A stretch of 47,963 nt of DNA from Octopus bimaculoides (lineage: Eukaryota). The position numbers and the translations under genes are program-made. The notes beneath the pieces were generated by a model. That model searched no databases and was not told where the DNA came from. It was given only the letters and a program-made list of their open reading frames with translations. Where the stretch lies: NCBI RefSeq assembly GCF_001194135.2, contig NC_068986.1, positions 43,431,123-43,479,085 on the forward strand, given 5' to 3'. Positions 47,632 through 47,963 of the stretch are shown here, in pieces; positions within the stretch are counted from its first letter, which is position 1, and each line of letters opens with the position of its first letter.

Positions 47632-47963
47632 ATGTACGAAAAAACAACAACAGACGAGGACAGGTGGTGTCAATAACAAAAGGATGTATTAGTATGACGC
47701 TCGGGAATACGGAAAGTCTTTGACGTTTCGAGCTACGCTCTTCAACAGAAAGAATACGGAGACAAGGAGAAAAACACGGAGAAAAAGAATTGAATAGTGT
47801 TAAAATATATGCGAGGTGGGAGAAGAAAAAACAAAACAAAAAGGAAGATGGGACAATAGGGAGAAAATGGGGTGACAGGGAGAGAAGAAACGAGAGGAGA
47901 AAAGAAATGGAGGGAGAAGAATACAAAGTAATAGGTGCAGATTAGAGAAGACAGATTAGGAAC
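47632..47963 (-). mobile_element. longer copy of the 5888-6063 repeat, running off the window edge
   Basis: Near-identical core; pyrimidine-rich upstream sequence on the minus strand; 3' end at (TA)n. Confidence 0.7.

Overview
AT-rich, microsatellite-dense animal DNA with 11 assembly gaps. The SINE and microsatellite profile suggests an octopus or other coleoid cephalopod (inference). Most of the window is decayed transposable elements. These are four Naiad-type Penelope-like elements (PLEs), a Neptune-type GIY-YIG tip and several PLE terminal fragments; R4/Dong, Tx1, CR1-group and RTE LINE remnants; one DD37D (maT) and one Tc1 transposon relic; a MITE; and three or four tRNA-derived SINE families. 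No long intact ORF exists. The many X/HT/YI/RE/N-rich ORFs in the track are gap or microsatellite artefacts. By eye, a series of small phase-compatible minus-strand exons (about 16.6-29.9 kb, possibly also 41.9-42.5 kb) suggests the window lies inside a long-intron host gene that I cannot name. I do not see a clearly new multi-gene system. The best leads are RNA-structural: (i) a near-canonical hammerhead ribozyme at a Naiad 3' end; (ii) a young repeat, present twice, with a fixed non-canonical hammerhead-like core; (iii) a pseudoknot-like PLE terminus; (iv) a LINE-SINE pair sharing a 3' stem-loop with a compensatory base change; (v) about 460-bp inverted arms bracketing a Naiad element. All alignments and folds were done by eye and need computational confirmation.
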